A DNA stretch of 64,000 nucleotides, taken from Candidatus Sulfomarinibacteraceae bacterium (GTDB lineage Bacteria; Acidobacteriota; Thermoanaerobaculia; Thermoanaerobaculales; Sulfomarinibacteraceae). Below are positions 63,611-64,000 of the stretch, one piece after another (the stretch's first letter is position 1; each line of letters starts with the position of its first letter). The notes beneath the pieces were generated by a model that ran no database searches, was not told the origin of the DNA, and saw nothing but the letters and a program-made list of their open reading frames with translations. Location: the NCBI GenBank assembly GCA_963769215.1, contig CAVYKX010000019.1, forward strand, positions 93,314 through 157,313, in the 5' to 3' direction. A program made the translations under genes and the position numbers.

Positions 63611-64000
63611 ATGATCGGCGCGACCCTCGGTCACTACCGCATCGTCGAGAAGATCGGCGAGGGCGGGATGGGTGAGGTTTATCGGGCTCGTGACGAGCGC
63701 CTCGACCGGGATGTCGCGATCAAGGTACTGCCGGAGGAGGTGGCCTCTGACCCGGACCGCCTGAAAAGATTTCAGCGCGAAGCAAAGGCCGTCGCCTCAC
63801 TCTCTCATCCCAACATCCTCGAAATTTTCGACTTCGACACCGATGGAGGCATCACGTTTTCAGTGACCGAGCTTCTCGAAGGCAGAACGCTGCGCGAGCT
63901 CCTTCAGAAGGAAGACCGTCCGCTGCCCTGGCGCCGAGTGCGGGAGATCGCCGTTGCGGTGGTCGATGGGCTCGACGCGGCGCACGAAAAGGGGGTGGTC
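63611..64000 (+). CDS. Ser/Thr protein kinase (STK4), 5' part only; runs off the window end
   Basis: The ATG at 63611 gives [44 protein letters not shown]...SHPNILEIFDF... with no stop before 64000. It is therefore absent from the ORF track. Confidence 0.85.
   Translation, partial: MIGATLGHYRIVEKIGEGGMGEVYRARDERLDRDVAIKVLPEEVASDPDRLKRFQREAKAVASLSHPNILEIFDFDTDGGITFSVTELLEGRTLRELLQKEDRPLPWRRVREIAVAVVDGLDAAHEKGVV

Overview
High-GC bacterial chromosomal window. Hand-counted 100-nt samples give about 70-75% GC in the housekeeping genes. The gene content and the multiple Ser/Thr-kinase-TPR paralogues look Acidobacteria-like, but that taxonomy is inference only.

Bases 1-35.3 kb form a housekeeping block: radA, an MlaE/MlaF/MCE lipid-transport operon, dnaB, a TonB-dependent receptor, aroB, a 5'-nucleotidase-family phosphoesterase, aroC, an SDR, carB-carA, an ECF sigma/anti-sigma pair, an S9 peptidase, an FHA protein, a GldA/F/G-like ABC system plus a DUF4340 protein, a PEP-utilising enzyme and a NatAB-like ABC pair.

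Bases 35.4-64 kb form an accessory block.
- It opens with tRNA-Arg(ACG). A 49-nt copy of the tRNA 3' half lies 4.2 kb downstream and brackets an integrase-less islet (ParE/Phd toxin-antitoxin, a truncated acyltransferase gene, and an STK-TPR gene).
- Next come a lower-GC orphan 646-aa gene, an MFS transporter and L-serine dehydratase.
- The block holds four paralogous Ser/Thr kinases.
- It also holds an uncharacterised cluster: a zinc-ribbon membrane protein, two about 1000-aa membrane-anchored paralogues (one with an HExxH...E gluzincin motif, one without), an ankyrin protein, a tectonin-like propeller, and a Cys-rich/polyproline secreted protein.

The strongest unexplained signal is a family of at least 12 intergenic elements, all in the first 35.3 kb. 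Each has a G-tract core (GGGTGGGTGGGCGGG-like) joined to 7-8 nt tandem arrays whose unit sequence differs between copies. Many copies fold as about 100-nt hairpins placed exactly at gene ends.

More than 40 reading-frame breaks are visible. They hit essential genes such as dnaB, carB, aroB and aroC, and at least two sit at short homopolymer runs. Many are therefore probably consensus indel errors, but their density is very uneven. No CRISPR array, transposase, integrase or rRNA was found.
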